DNA of 64,000 bases from contig JBEVTI010000008.1 in assembly GCA_041156125.1 (NCBI GenBank), positions 63,659 to 127,658 on the forward strand, in the 5' to 3' direction. A program made the translations under genes and the position numbers. The notes beneath the pieces were generated by a model. The model worked only from the letters and a program-made list of their open reading frames with translations, did not search any database and had not been told where the DNA came from. Origin of the DNA: Ktedonobacter sp. (lineage in GTDB: Bacteria; Chloroflexota; Ktedonobacteria; Ktedonobacterales; Ktedonobacteraceae). Shown here piece by piece: positions 40,785 to 50,918 of the stretch; the first letter of the stretch is position 1, and the number at the start of each line of letters is the position of its first letter.

Positions 40785-43700
40785 CTATGTCATTATGTCT
40801 GTTTCATTATCCTGCTCTTCGGTAGAAGGCTGAGACGAGATCATAGCGGCAAGGCGATCTCGGGTTATTTGTGTGTCCATATGCTCTGGCCCCAGCACAC
40901 GCTCCTGGAGAGCGAGGATACGTTTGTAGATAGAGCTTTTTTCATTCTCTCGATGTTGACGGTGGTAGAGCATTGCCAGAGCGTTGAGGGAGTATATGAG
41001 AGCAGGATGATCGAGGCCGAGAATGCGTTCTTGCGCTTTTATTCCCTGCTGAAGCACGCTTTCAGCTTGTTCATACTGACCTTGTTCTATATACAACCTG
41101 CCGAGTTGGCTGAGCGTTCGCAATGTGTCGGGATGCTCGTGTCCGAGAAGACGTTTCTGGATGCTGAGGGTTTGCTCAAGCAGGTTCGCGGCCTGTTCAT
41201 ATTGTCCCTGCTCAGTATAGAAACTGCCAAGGTCGCTCATGCTACGTAGGGTATCAGGGTGTTCATTTCCTTGAGCGACCTGGCTCATGGCCAGTGCCCT
41301 CTTATAAAGCATCTCTGCGTTCTCAAGGCGTCCCTGATCGTGGGCTAGCCTGGCCAGATTATGCACAGTTTGCGCGGTGAGAGGATGTTCTGGTCCCAAA
41401 AATTGTTCGCGGATAAGCAATGCACGTTCATATAATTGTCTGGCTTGCTCGTATTTCCCTTGTGCTCGATACATCCCGGCAAGGTTGTTTAAACTCTGGG
41501 CTGTATCGGGATGGGTGTTGCCAAGGACTCGCTCCCGTACTGCCAACACTCGTTCATATAACGGTTGAGCTTTCTCAAACTGTCCTTGTTCCCGATAGAG
41601 ACCAGCCAGATTATTTAAACCACGCAACGTATGTGGGTGTTCCCCGCCAAGCGTTTGTTCCCAGAGTTGATTGGCTTGCTGAATTAACGGTTCTGCTTCC
41701 ACATATCTGCCTTGTTCTCGATAAAGCCCTGCCAGTGTGTGAAGTGTTTGGACATGGTCGGGATATTCTGGTCCTCGTATGTGTTGCCAGATTGCCATTG
41801 CCCGAAGCAGTAAGGTCTCGGCTTCCTGATATTGCCCCTGTTTGCGCGCCAGGAAAGCCAGATGCCCAAGGCTACGAGCTGTCTCAGGATGCTCAGGGCC
41901 TAAGATCTGCTCTCTTAATGCCAATACGTGCTCTAGAAGCTGTCGTGCTCGTTCGTAGTTTCCCTGTTCGCGATAGAGCCTTCCGAGCGTCATCATCGTT
42001 TGTATGGTTTCAAGATGGGCTTTTCCCAGGACTCGTTCACGAATAGCCAATGCTCTTGCGTAAAGCGTTTCTGCCTGTTCATAATCTCCCTGAGCTGCTG
42101 TCAGTTCAGCAAGATTATGGATGGTTTGTGCTGTTTCTTTCTGTTCTGTGCCTAAAACCCGTTCGTAGAGAGCAAGTGACTGGCGCAGTAAAGGCTGTGC
42201 TTCCTCAAAACGTGCTCGCCTGAGAAGAAAGTAGCCTGCTTGATTGAGAAGATAGGCTAGATCTGCCGTTGCCTGTACCGTGTCATGCCTGCTCCACTGG
42301 GCAGCCAGAAGCACATGGGGAAGCAAGCGTTCACAACGGTCCCAGTTGCTGACTTCTATGATGACGGGAAAGGCTCGCGCAAGCAGGAGCGTGACTCTCT
42401 GTACCCAGTTTTGTTGCTCCTCCATATGCAGTGATGTTCGTACCACACTCTGAACAAGCCGATGGATGCCAAGAGTCTGGTGGAATGCGTCACGAGTGAT
42501 AAGCGAGTAGGCTCGTAAGGCTTCTATGGCTTTTTCAAAGAGAAAACGATTGCTTACCACTGGTGAGAGCAACGGACCCAGCATCTCTCCTCCTTGCATA
42601 AGAAGGGCTTCATCAATGGCATCGGGATGCAAGAACGCGCAGACCTGGAGAAGGGCAACAGCGGCGGGATTGCGAGCTTCGACGCGTTGAAAGGCGAGTT
42701 GCCAGGTCGTCGCTACTGGTGCAGGATGATATTGTTCTTGCCCACGATGCTCGGCAAGCAAGTCAAGTTGATACTGATGATAGATTTGTATGTATACATC
42801 TAGATTCATGCCTGTGGCTTCCAGATAGGCACCCGCCTGGTCGAGCGCCAGCGGCAATACCCCCAATTCCTGCGCTAACTGTAGGGCCAGATGTTGCTCC
42901 TCGGCAGGGGCGTTTTCAAGGGGATCGTCGGGGAGGAGGCGTCCAGCACGTCTGAGGAGCAGCAGAGTAGCCTGAGCAGGCGTGAGACCTTCGAGCGTGA
43001 GGATATGAGCAATGCCGAGACGACGCAATGCTGTTGCCTGGGTGGTAAGCAAAATGTGTCCAAGAAGGAGAGAGGGAAGAAAGGGGAGACAGAGATCTGG
43101 CTCGTTGGCATTGTCCAGGATCAAAAGCCAGTGCTCATGATTCTGTAACCAGGTTTTCACTGCTCGAACAACGATTTCCTGCCTGGGGTCTTTTTGCTGT
43201 GGCAGATCGAGTACTCGTGCTATTTCCGCATATGATGCATACAAGGTCTCGGCATTTTCTGCTGAGACCCAGAACACGGCCTGATAGTGCTGACGAAAGC
43301 GATACGCATATTCAATCGCAAGTTGTGTTTTGCCAATGCCACTCAATCCTGTAAGCGCCTGTGCAGCGTGCGAGCCATTCGCGAGCTTTGCTTGAAACCA
43401 GGTATGTAGACGGTTCAGTAACTCTTCCTGACCAAGAAAAAAGGGATTGCGTGCAAAAGGGAGATGCCAGATGAGAGTAGATGTGTTCTGTGGCAGGCGC
43501 AGGGTGAGAAGGAAGAGATCTGCGAGCATGCGGCGCAAACCGGCTGTAATTTCAGCAAAGGCACGATCAATATTTGTCCATTCTGTCAAAAACGTTGCAT
43601 CAGATGGCAAGGGATGGAGGCGAGCAAAAGGAGCATCTTCCCAGTCAACAGGTCGAAGCAAGATAGGAACGACACGCACGCCATTTGTTTGTTCTCGTGC

Positions 43701-43967
43701 CAACGCCTGTTTCATTTGAGTGCTATAGCAATAATCGGATGCGAGGAAATCGGGACTAATCAGTAACAGAATAACAGAAGCACTTTGTAAGTAGCTATCA
43801 ACAATCTTTTCCCAGTCTTCCCCTGCCTGGATAAGTCGAGGATGCCAGGTGGTAATCAGGTTTTGCCGTTGAAGCAATGCGAGATGTTTCTCTAGTTCTA
43901 GCGCCCAGGAGGTATCCTCTTGTGCATACGCATAAAAAATAGCAATGGGTTGGTGTTGTTCTGGCAT
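40785..43967 (-). CDS. TIR - NB-ARC (STAND P-loop NTPase) - TPR repeat protein
   Basis: N-terminal TIR-like IAIFYAYAQEDTSWALELEKHL...ASVILLLISPDFLASDYC; P-loop GLSGIGKTQLAIEYA and Walker B WLLILDNANEP; more than 10 C-terminal TPR repeats. Confidence 0.8.
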   Translation of the reverse strand: MPEQHQPIAIFYAYAQEDTSWALELEKHLALLQRQNLITTWHPRLIQAGEDWEKIVDSYLQSASVILLLISPDFLASDYCYSTQMKQALAREQTNGVRVVPILLRPVDWEDAPFARLHPLPSDATFLTEWTNIDRAFAEITAGLRRMLADLFLLTLRLPQNTSTLIWHLPFARNPFFLGQEELLNRLHTWFQAKLANGSHAAQALTGLSGIGKTQLAIEYAYRFRQHYQAVFWVSAENAETLYASYAEIARVLDLPQQKDPRQEIVVRAVKTWLQNHEHWLLILDNANEPDLCLPFLPSLLLGHILLTTQATALRRLGIAHILTLEGLTPAQATLLLLRRAGRLLPDDPLENAPAEEQHLALQLAQELGVLPLALDQAGAYLEATGMNLDVYIQIYHQYQLDLLAEHRGQEQYHPAPVATTWQLAFQRVEARNPAAVALLQVCAFLHPDAIDEALLMQGGEMLGPLLSPVVSNRFLFEKAIEALRAYSLITRDAFHQTLGIHRLVQSVVRTSLHMEEQQNWVQRVTLLLARAFPVIIEVSNWDRCERLLPHVLLAAQWSRHDTVQATADLAYLLNQAGYFLLRRARFEEAQPLLRQSLALYERVLGTEQKETAQTIHNLAELTAAQGDYEQAETLYARALAIRERVLGKAHLETIQTMMTLGRLYREQGNYERARQLLEHVLALREQILGPEHPETARSLGHLAFLARKQGQYQEAETLLLRAMAIWQHIRGPEYPDHVQTLHTLAGLYREQGRYVEAEPLIQQANQLWEQTLGGEHPHTLRGLNNLAGLYREQGQFEKAQPLYERVLAVRERVLGNTHPDTAQSLNNLAGMYRAQGKYEQARQLYERALLIREQFLGPEHPLTAQTVHNLARLAHDQGRLENAEMLYKRALAMSQVAQGNEHPDTLRSMSDLGSFYTEQGQYEQAANLLEQTLSIQKRLLGHEHPDTLRTLSQLGRLYIEQGQYEQAESVLQQGIKAQERILGLDHPALIYSLNALAMLYHRQHRENEKSSIYKRILALQERVLGPEHMDTQITRDRLAAMISSQPSTEEQDNETDIMT

Positions 43968-44299
43968 ACTTCGGCCTCCCTCTCATTACAAGCCGCTCTC
44001 CTGGCCTTTGGTCTAGCTGCATCCAGATGAAAAAAGATGAAATGCTTGTATTTTGTTTGTTTTATTTATATAGATTATAAACAAGAATATGTCTGCCGTC
44101 CAGTTTGATGTCTTTTGTGTTTTCTTTGCGTTTCTCAAAAGGAGAATTGATGGCAGCTTTGTCCTATCCATTGGGTACTGGCAAGAAAGGCCTTGAAGGA
44201 GAACAGAGTAAACAAATGTTATTCATTTTTAATGATATACTATTTAAGCGACACGGAAGGAATGAGTTTTCCGCGGGAGAGACGAGAAGAAAGAAGTTT

Positions 44300-45676
44300 A
44301 TGAATCGGCATCCTTATAAAGATCGCATCCCTGAAATTATCTGGGAGCTTGTGTTTGGCTCATTGCGTAAGGCAGGACCGCTTCTTCCTGGTCCTGATTC
44401 ACGTACCCGACATATCAGCTATACGCACGAATTATTGATGCTCTTAGATATAGATTTTCATCGTTGGCCTCGCGTGACAGTAACGGGGAGCAAAGGGAAA
44501 GGCTCCACGGCGGTTTTATTGGCAAGTATTCTGCAAGGGAGTGGCGAGCGTGTGGGATTGGTGAGTAGTCCAGAAATGCGTCGTTTCAATGAACGTATCA
44601 GGATTGATGGGACGTGCGTTTCTGACGATATGTTGGTGTGGGCTGCAAACCGGATTGCCCCTGCCGTCAGATCCCTGATAGAGCGTATTCAACCACCTCA
44701 TTACCTGGGTTCAGGAGGAGTTGTGCTTGCTCTGGCAGCCACCCTTTTCGCGGAAGCAGGCGTATCAGCCGTGGTTGTGGAGGCAGGACGTGGAGGAGAG
44801 TATGATGAGGCACGGCTGATTGAAGCGAATGTTTCCGTACTTACACCTATCATGTTAGAGCATGCCGATAAGTTAGGATCAACGACGCAGGCCATCGCCC
44901 ACACCAAAGCATTGATTACGTTTCCAGGGAGTCCTCTCGTCACCGCGCCACAAATAGAAGAAGTCCAGAAAGTGATTGAGGATGTTGGGAAAGAGCTTCA
45001 GAGTGAGGTCCACTCGGTCGTCCAGGAGATGAGCCTGGAACATGTCACGAATGAGCGCATGGGTGTTCGTTGTGATCTCCAGTTTGGTGAGCATGCCTTT
45101 CAGAATCTCTTGATCTCTCTCCCAGGATTACATCAGGCTGAGAATGCAGCTACTGCGATCCTGGCTGCATTCCAACTCAAACGTATTGCCGGAACAAACT
45201 GGACCACTGAGGGTATCAGCCAAGGATTACAAGAGGTTTCCTGGCCAGGTCGAGCGCATATGCTTCAGCAGGAGCCCTGGGTTCTCCTTGATGGAGCAAT
45301 CAATCGAGAGGCCGCTGAACAAATTGCCACAATTGTGCATGTGCATCCGGCAAAGAGGCTGACGGCGGTCGTGTGCGTGCCTAAACCGAAGGATCTGGAA
45401 GGTCTGTGTGCAATCATTGGTCCGCTTGTCACCACGCTGATCCTCACCAAAGTTCCTGTGCATCATCTGGCATGGTACGAGAATGCCTCTGCAATCGCCT
45501 CCCAATGGTGTACTGATGTCAGAACCATCGATGTTCCCGAAACAGCTTTCCACTATGCCCTCTCACAGGCTGGACCAGACGAAGGGGTGCTCTTGCTCGG
45601 GACTCAATCATTCCTGGGAACAGCATTGACGTTTTGGGATGTTGATACCTGTCGCGTTTGGCAAAAGCACGCGTGA
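44300..45676 (+). CDS. FolC-like Mur ligase family protein (folylpolyglutamate/dihydrofolate synthase-like)
   Basis: VTGSKGKGSTA P-loop, SPEMRRFNERIRIDG, DGAINREAAE; start uncertain (ORF track 44105; ATG 44300 gives canonical N-terminal length). Confidence 0.6.
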   Translation: MNRHPYKDRIPEIIWELVFGSLRKAGPLLPGPDSRTRHISYTHELLMLLDIDFHRWPRVTVTGSKGKGSTAVLLASILQGSGERVGLVSSPEMRRFNERIRIDGTCVSDDMLVWAANRIAPAVRSLIERIQPPHYLGSGGVVLALAATLFAEAGVSAVVVEAGRGGEYDEARLIEANVSVLTPIMLEHADKLGSTTQAIAHTKALITFPGSPLVTAPQIEEVQKVIEDVGKELQSEVHSVVQEMSLEHVTNERMGVRCDLQFGEHAFQNLLISLPGLHQAENAATAILAAFQLKRIAGTNWTTEGISQGLQEVSWPGRAHMLQQEPWVLLDGAINREAAEQIATIVHVHPAKRLTAVVCVPKPKDLEGLCAIIGPLVTTLILTKVPVHHLAWYENASAIASQWCTDVRTIDVPETAFHYALSQAGPDEGVLLLGTQSFLGTALTFWDVDTCRVWQKHA

Positions 45677-45901
45677 TCCATGCATCCAACAACATGTCCC
45701 ACATCTTGCGTCACCTGAGCGTACCAGGGACGCAACTCAGTAGAAGTGCCGCAGGGTTGTTTCCACGATTGTCGAGCCTGCTCAGATCCCGACATCTCAG
45801 GAAGTCAGACAGCGCATCTGTAAGCACTTTGGCTGTGAATAAGTCGAGTGGCTGACGTAAAGGGCTGCGTCCTACGCTAATACAGCCTTCTCCTTCAGCT
45901 C

Positions 45902-46138
45902 TTATGCCTCAGGTTTTTCTTGTCTCTCTGGTAGTAACGCCTCATCATCATAATACAGATCTTCCATTGGGACGTTGAGATACGCTGCTACTTTGGCGAG
46001 TGTCGCGAACGTGGGTGTGTAGGTAGGATCGTTGACCATGCGTCGAGCAAGAGTAATAGGCACATCTGCGGCACGCGAAAGCTTTCCTATGCTCACGCCC
46101 TTGTCTTTCAGAACGTCTTTTACCCTTAATCGGTACAT
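45902..46138 (-). CDS. small XRE-family HTH transcriptional regulator
   Basis: HTH_3-like LKDKGVSIGKLSRAADVPITLARRMVND; AAGGAAGAG RBS before ATG. Confidence 0.7.
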   Translation of the reverse strand: MYRLRVKDVLKDKGVSIGKLSRAADVPITLARRMVNDPTYTPTFATLAKVAAYLNVPMEDLYYDDEALLPERQEKPEA

Positions 46139-46250
46139 ACTTCTCTTCCTTCTTTCTCTCAGCAGCTTCATTATACCTGGACGCGGCGTTCGGAGAGTAG
46201 TCCCGCTTGGTATGCGCCTTGACCTGGACGCAAAGCAATGATAGTCTCTT

Positions 46251-46283
46251 TCTAGATATCTAGATCTAGTCTAATATCAGACT
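46251..46283. promoter_or_regulatory. cluster of overlapping palindromes (candidate operators) between divergent XRE genes
   Basis: TCTAGATATCTAGA (14-bp perfect palindrome), CTAGATCTAG (10 bp), AGTCTaatatcAGACT inverted repeat, read directly. Confidence 0.45.
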
Positions 46284-46391
46284 CAAAGAGTGACTAATTT
46301 TCTCGCATCACAGAAGCTATGTACTGAGCGGAAAGTAGAGAGTGAGCTTGATCTACAAGTATCAGCGCGTTTTTTCTTTTCGCGTTATTTT

Positions 46392-46444
46392 CTGCTCGAC
46401 AAAGGCGATATTGTCATGGTATGCTCTAGAACATAGAGCGTAGG
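46392..46444 (+). promoter_or_regulatory. 53-bp promoter-like element (TCGACA-18 nt-TATGCT), copy 1, upstream of XRE gene
   Basis: ctgctcgacaaaggcgatattgtcatggtatgctctagaacatagagcgtagg; near-identical copy (3 mismatches) at 50588-50640. Confidence 0.5.
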
Positions 46445-46484
46445 CCAGAATCGTTACTGAGCAGAGTTGAAGAGGGTAGATAAG

Positions 46485-47174
46485 ATGGAACGGGCACAGC
46501 TATCAACGGCCAGGGGCAAGGAACGGACGCTACTCATTGCAGCGCGACATGCCTGTCATTTCTCTCAGGATGAGGTAGCGGCGAAGATCCAGGTGAGCAA
46601 GGTGACAGTGCATCGATGGGAGAGGGAGGGAGATATCCCCCAACCGTTACACCTTCGGAAACTTTGCACGCTTTACGGCAAGACTGCGCAGGAACTTGGT
46701 TTCGCGCGACAAGAGCCAGAGCCTGACGAGGCAGTCGTTGATGTACAGACCATCGACAAGACAGAGCACAATGAGGCTGAGGAGTGCGCGCTGACGATCT
46801 TTCGCCAGCACAACCTGATCTCACGCCTGATGCGCCTTCTCTGGAACTGGCCTTCTGGTGATGCCCGTTATCATCTTGGAATGTCACAACAGGCACTTGC
46901 TTGCTTTGTCAAAATTGACCAGCTTCCCATCGCCCATGAAACCAACCGTGTCGCATCTCTTCTTCACCAGGTCATGGCCGAAGTCAATCGCGGAGACAAA
47001 ACGCACGACCTGGACTTTTGTCTTGAGCGCTGGCAACGGGGCATCCAGGGAGCCATCGCCATGCGGAGCGAACAGACGCTGACAGAAGCAATCCACGCAT
47101 ATACTGCGCTATGCATTGCCTGGCCCGGCGAGAAACGGGTAAAACAGTTGCGCGAGTCGATTATTCGCTGGTAG
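46485..47174 (+). CDS. XRE-family HTH regulator with about 150-aa C-terminal domain of unknown function
   Basis: HTH_3-like FSQDEVAAKIQVSKVTVHRWEREGDIPQPLHLRKLCTLYG; ATG 46485 preceded by GAGGG. Confidence 0.65.
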   Translation: MERAQLSTARGKERTLLIAARHACHFSQDEVAAKIQVSKVTVHRWEREGDIPQPLHLRKLCTLYGKTAQELGFARQEPEPDEAVVDVQTIDKTEHNEAEECALTIFRQHNLISRLMRLLWNWPSGDARYHLGMSQQALACFVKIDQLPIAHETNRVASLLHQVMAEVNRGDKTHDLDFCLERWQRGIQGAIAMRSEQTLTEAIHAYTALCIAWPGEKRVKQLRESIIRW

Positions 47175-47445
47175 CAGCCAATTTATCAACCCAGCAGGGT
47201 CTCTGATTGCCCTGCTGAGTTTTTCTTTACATGCTGTTACTCGCTATTCCTCGCGAGGGGAACAAGATGTAAAGCGAGTAACACAATAACGGTGCGTTGT
47301 ATATCTTCCATCAAAGTGATTTAAGATCCCTTTAAATTACTCTGAGCTAGAAAAAAATACTTGCTATGAAGTATTTGTTATGTTAATATAAGTCTATCTA
47401 TAAATAAAATACAGAGCAGAAGCGAGTTTTGCATAGGTCATCTCC

Positions 47446-50400
47446 ATGAAGAATTTTCAAGAAGGCCAGATATTTGGGAATTATCGACTGATCGAGCTTA
47501 TCGGTAAAGGTGGCTTTGCCAGCGTCTGGAGATGTGAGCATATTCATCTTGGCGTCAAAGTGGCGATAAAGTTTCTGAGCGACATGGATAGCTTCGGAAG
47601 GGTGAGTTTTCTCCAGGAAGCAAAGATCATAGCCACACTTCGTCATCCAAACATTGTTCGCTTATTGGATTACTCGGTGCAAGACAATCAGGCGTACCTG
47701 GTTATGGAATATGCTCTTGGTAGCCTGGGCCAACGACAAAGCACACAAGAATTGTTGGATCTCGCAACTGTTGTTTCCTATGTGAAGCAAATGGCTGCGG
47801 CACTTCAGTATGCTCATAAGCAAAATATCATTCATCGTGATGTCAAACCACAGAATATGCTTATAAGTGAGAGCGGTAATATCTTGCTCAGTGATTTCGG
47901 CATTGCGATTGCAAGCGCTAATACGAGCGAGAGCGGTGAATTAAACACGGGTTCTATGGTTGGCACTGCTCATTTTATAGCCCCTGAACAGATTCTGGGT
48001 AAACCCCGCCGGGCGAGTGACCAGTACTCTCTGGCCATTTGTGCCTATTTCTGGCTATGCGGAACCTATCCTTTTCAAGGATCAATCTCTGCACTGATTG
48101 CTCAGCACATGCATACACCACCCCGCCCGCCGCTAGAATTCAACCCGGCTCTACCCTCTTCTGTAGGAGATGTGTTGCTGAAAGCACTGGCTAAGAAGCC
48201 CGAAGATCGTTTTAGCAGTGTGGAAGATTTTGCCAAATCTTTAGAATTGGCCTGTTCTGGCCAGGGTATCATCCCTCAAGTTCCCGCAACTACTCCGTAT
48301 CAGGCTACTGGGATAGCCACACACTATTATTCACGAAGCACCAATATTGGACCGATAAATGTTTCAATAATACCTACTTCCGCTAGTCTTAATGCCACAA
48401 AACCAGTACAAGTATCTACAATCTCAGCACCAGCCAGACAGCATTCAAACTTAGGCTTACGCTTCTTTACTTATCTGTTAGTAATGCCACTACTTATACT
48501 GCTCACACCGTTTCTACTGCTTTATCATTATTCTATGCAAATTTGGCGTTCGACAAGAAGAGCTCATCGTCCCAATCCCATACAGCCAGGGCGGGTAATA
48601 GCCATCCTGGAGCTACTTCCGCTACCACAAAATTTCTGGCCAGCCAGGCTATTGAGCGGGAAAGCAGCATCTCTAGCACCACCATTACCAGGTGATGCTA
48701 TTCAGAACTCCTCCCGGCTAGCCAGCGTACCATTATTGGCCAGTGGTCAGCATAATGCTTCTTGGGCGAAAGCCGCGTGGATGCATACAGCATCTTTTCT
48801 AACAAAGGGGCCACCTTCTTTATCCACTTTAGCAGATCAGAGTACGCTCGTGCAAACATTGCCTGGCAAGGATGGCTTTCTTGACGAGTCACTTCAAAAC
48901 CCGGACGCGCAGCCCCCAGAATTGGCCAGTGTAGACAAGCAGGCACCTCCAATCTATCACTCGCCCGAAAGTTTACAACCCGAGGAACGACCAGATAGGT
49001 GGAGCAGGGCATCCGCGCGCAAAAACTTTTGCATTCTGCATCATGACAAAGATCGCAGTTGGGCTGAATGGATTGCCTGGTTGCTTGAAGATGACGGGCT
49101 TAGTAGCATCTTGCCGGAATGGGACTTCCGCCCGGGTTACAGAGTTGACCGGGAGACACGCAACGCTATGAGTCAGGCAGAGCGGATAATTGTGATTATC
49201 TCACCCGATTATCTGGATGTGAGCAATGATCAATGGGGAATCGTCTTTAATAGAGAGAGAGTCCGCCGAGAAGGGATGATATTGCCCATCATTGTAAGAG
49301 AATGCAACTCTCCCTTAAAAAAGCCACTCGATACACTTGTCTCCATCAACCTCGTCGGTCGAGGTGTGTTTCACACAAGCGAGAAGCTGCTCAAAGCTGT
49401 GCGCCTGAATCGCAGTAAACCGACATTGGCGCCGGCCTTTCCATTACCCAACCAGGATGATAGCTCGCTAGCAACTCGCAAGCTGGATCGCGCGGACAAC
49501 CAGCAAGATACCCCGCCACGCGGGCTTGATATTATAAGTAGCTCTAATCCTAAAGTTACAACTACGCCTACTGAGCGCTTTGATACAGGTATCTCATCTC
49601 CTCAAATAATCGAGCAAATTAAAACCGCTTTCAGTCAGGAAGACTGGTTAGATGTCATTCGCAAAGTCCGTCTTCTCATTCAAGACTCGACACCTACAGG
49701 TATTTCCTGGCAGATTTATCGTATGCAAGCGCTTGCTTATCATTCTTTGGGGCAGATGGCAGAGGCACATGGCGCTCTAGAAGCTGCTCTCGCCATGGTG
49801 AACGATAAGAAAGAACGTCTCGCCCTTCTCGACGAGTATACAAATAAGCTTGCTTCGCTGAAACACTGGTCAGAAATGCTTCCATATGCGAAGGAGGCAT
49901 TAACTCTTGCACCTGAGGATATCCGTTGGCAAGTATTACACGAACACATTACCACTCATCTACAACGAGAAGCCTTCGGCCTGGAAAGGAGCCAGGGATT
50001 TGACCAAGCGCTCCAGCAGAGTGATGACAAACAAAATCATCAGAAAACGTCCGCAGAACATATAATATCCTTTCATACACAGTTTTCTAACCCTGAGGAT
50101 ATGAAAACTATGATTATATCTGATAAGACAATTAACATTTTTATTGCCTACGCTCTTGATGACAAAGAATTATGCACTCGTTTAAAGCATCAATTGATTC
50201 CACTAGCCAATCAATCTCCATTAATCATCTGGTATGACCATGAAATAGTTCCAGGTAAAGAGCGTGTAAAGATTATGGAGAAGCGCCTTACATCGTCTCA
50301 AATCGTCATTCTGTCCATAAGCGCGGCCTTCCTGGCTTCAGAATACCATCAGAGAGAAATGAGGCTCGCATTAGAAAGGTACGAGGCGAACACAGCAAGC

Positions 50401-50574
50401 ATAATTCCCGTTCTCTTACGACCCAGCGACTGGGAGAAAACTTCACTGGGCAATTTCCAACCGCTTCCCCAAAGTGGTCTACCAGTTACGACCTGGCCCA
50501 ATACTGATGAGGCTCTATTAGATATTGTCAAAGGTATTCGCCAGGCAGTCGAAGAACTTCAAAATACTCTTTGA
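47446..50574 (+). CDS. Ser/Thr protein kinase - TM - TIR - TPR-like - TIR multidomain protein
   Basis: Kinase: GKGGFASV, VAIK, HRDVKPQN, DFG, APE. Hydrophobic LLVMPLLILLTPFLLLY. TIR-like 1 around CILHHDKDRSWAEWIAWLLED...IIVIISPDYL. C-terminal TIR-like 2 IFIAYALDDKELCTRLKHQL...IVILSISAAFLASEYHQRE. Confidence 0.8.
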   Translation: MKNFQEGQIFGNYRLIELIGKGGFASVWRCEHIHLGVKVAIKFLSDMDSFGRVSFLQEAKIIATLRHPNIVRLLDYSVQDNQAYLVMEYALGSLGQRQSTQELLDLATVVSYVKQMAAALQYAHKQNIIHRDVKPQNMLISESGNILLSDFGIAIASANTSESGELNTGSMVGTAHFIAPEQILGKPRRASDQYSLAICAYFWLCGTYPFQGSISALIAQHMHTPPRPPLEFNPALPSSVGDVLLKALAKKPEDRFSSVEDFAKSLELACSGQGIIPQVPATTPYQATGIATHYYSRSTNIGPINVSIIPTSASLNATKPVQVSTISAPARQHSNLGLRFFTYLLVMPLLILLTPFLLLYHYSMQIWRSTRRAHRPNPIQPGRVIAILELLPLPQNFWPARLLSGKAASLAPPLPGDAIQNSSRLASVPLLASGQHNASWAKAAWMHTASFLTKGPPSLSTLADQSTLVQTLPGKDGFLDESLQNPDAQPPELASVDKQAPPIYHSPESLQPEERPDRWSRASARKNFCILHHDKDRSWAEWIAWLLEDDGLSSILPEWDFRPGYRVDRETRNAMSQAERIIVIISPDYLDVSNDQWGIVFNRERVRREGMILPIIVRECNSPLKKPLDTLVSINLVGRGVFHTSEKLLKAVRLNRSKPTLAPAFPLPNQDDSSLATRKLDRADNQQDTPPRGLDIISSSNPKVTTTPTERFDTGISSPQIIEQIKTAFSQEDWLDVIRKVRLLIQDSTPTGISWQIYRMQALAYHSLGQMAEAHGALEAALAMVNDKKERLALLDEYTNKLASLKHWSEMLPYAKEALTLAPEDIRWQVLHEHITTHLQREAFGLERSQGFDQALQQSDDKQNHQKTSAEHIISFHTQFSNPEDMKTMIISDKTINIFIAYALDDKELCTRLKHQLIPLANQSPLIIWYDHEIVPGKERVKIMEKRLTSSQIVILSISAAFLASEYHQREMRLALERYEANTASIIPVLLRPSDWEKTSLGNFQPLPQSGLPVTTWPNTDEALLDIVKGIRQAVEELQNTL

Positions 50575-50587
50575 ACGAGCGGCATCC

Positions 50588-50640
50588 TGCTCGACAAAGG
50601 CGATACTGTCATGGTATGCTTTGGAACATAGAGCGTAGGT
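50588..50640 (+). repeat. 53-bp promoter-like element, copy 2, 13 nt after kinase-TIR stop
   Basis: ctgctcgacaaaggcgatactgtcatggtatgctttggaacatagagcgtagg. Confidence 0.5.
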
Positions 50641-50918
50641 GAAAAATCTACGCGAGTATATCATCCAGTAAAGGGTGGTACCAAAGAAACGCGGCATAGC
50701 CTTCACAGGTTATGCTGTTTTTTGTTCCCGCTCGTTCTATTTTGTTACTCGCTCTGCCTCTGGCGGGTAACAAAATGTAAATCAGTAACATAATGATTAT
50801 AAGCTGAATATAGTCCGCAATCGCTATTTCTGGGTATTTTCATCTATACTCTCTCATGGTGCTACTTACCAGTCAAGTCTGTTTGATTGGCAGGTAGATC
50901 TCGCAGCGATGGCTGCCC

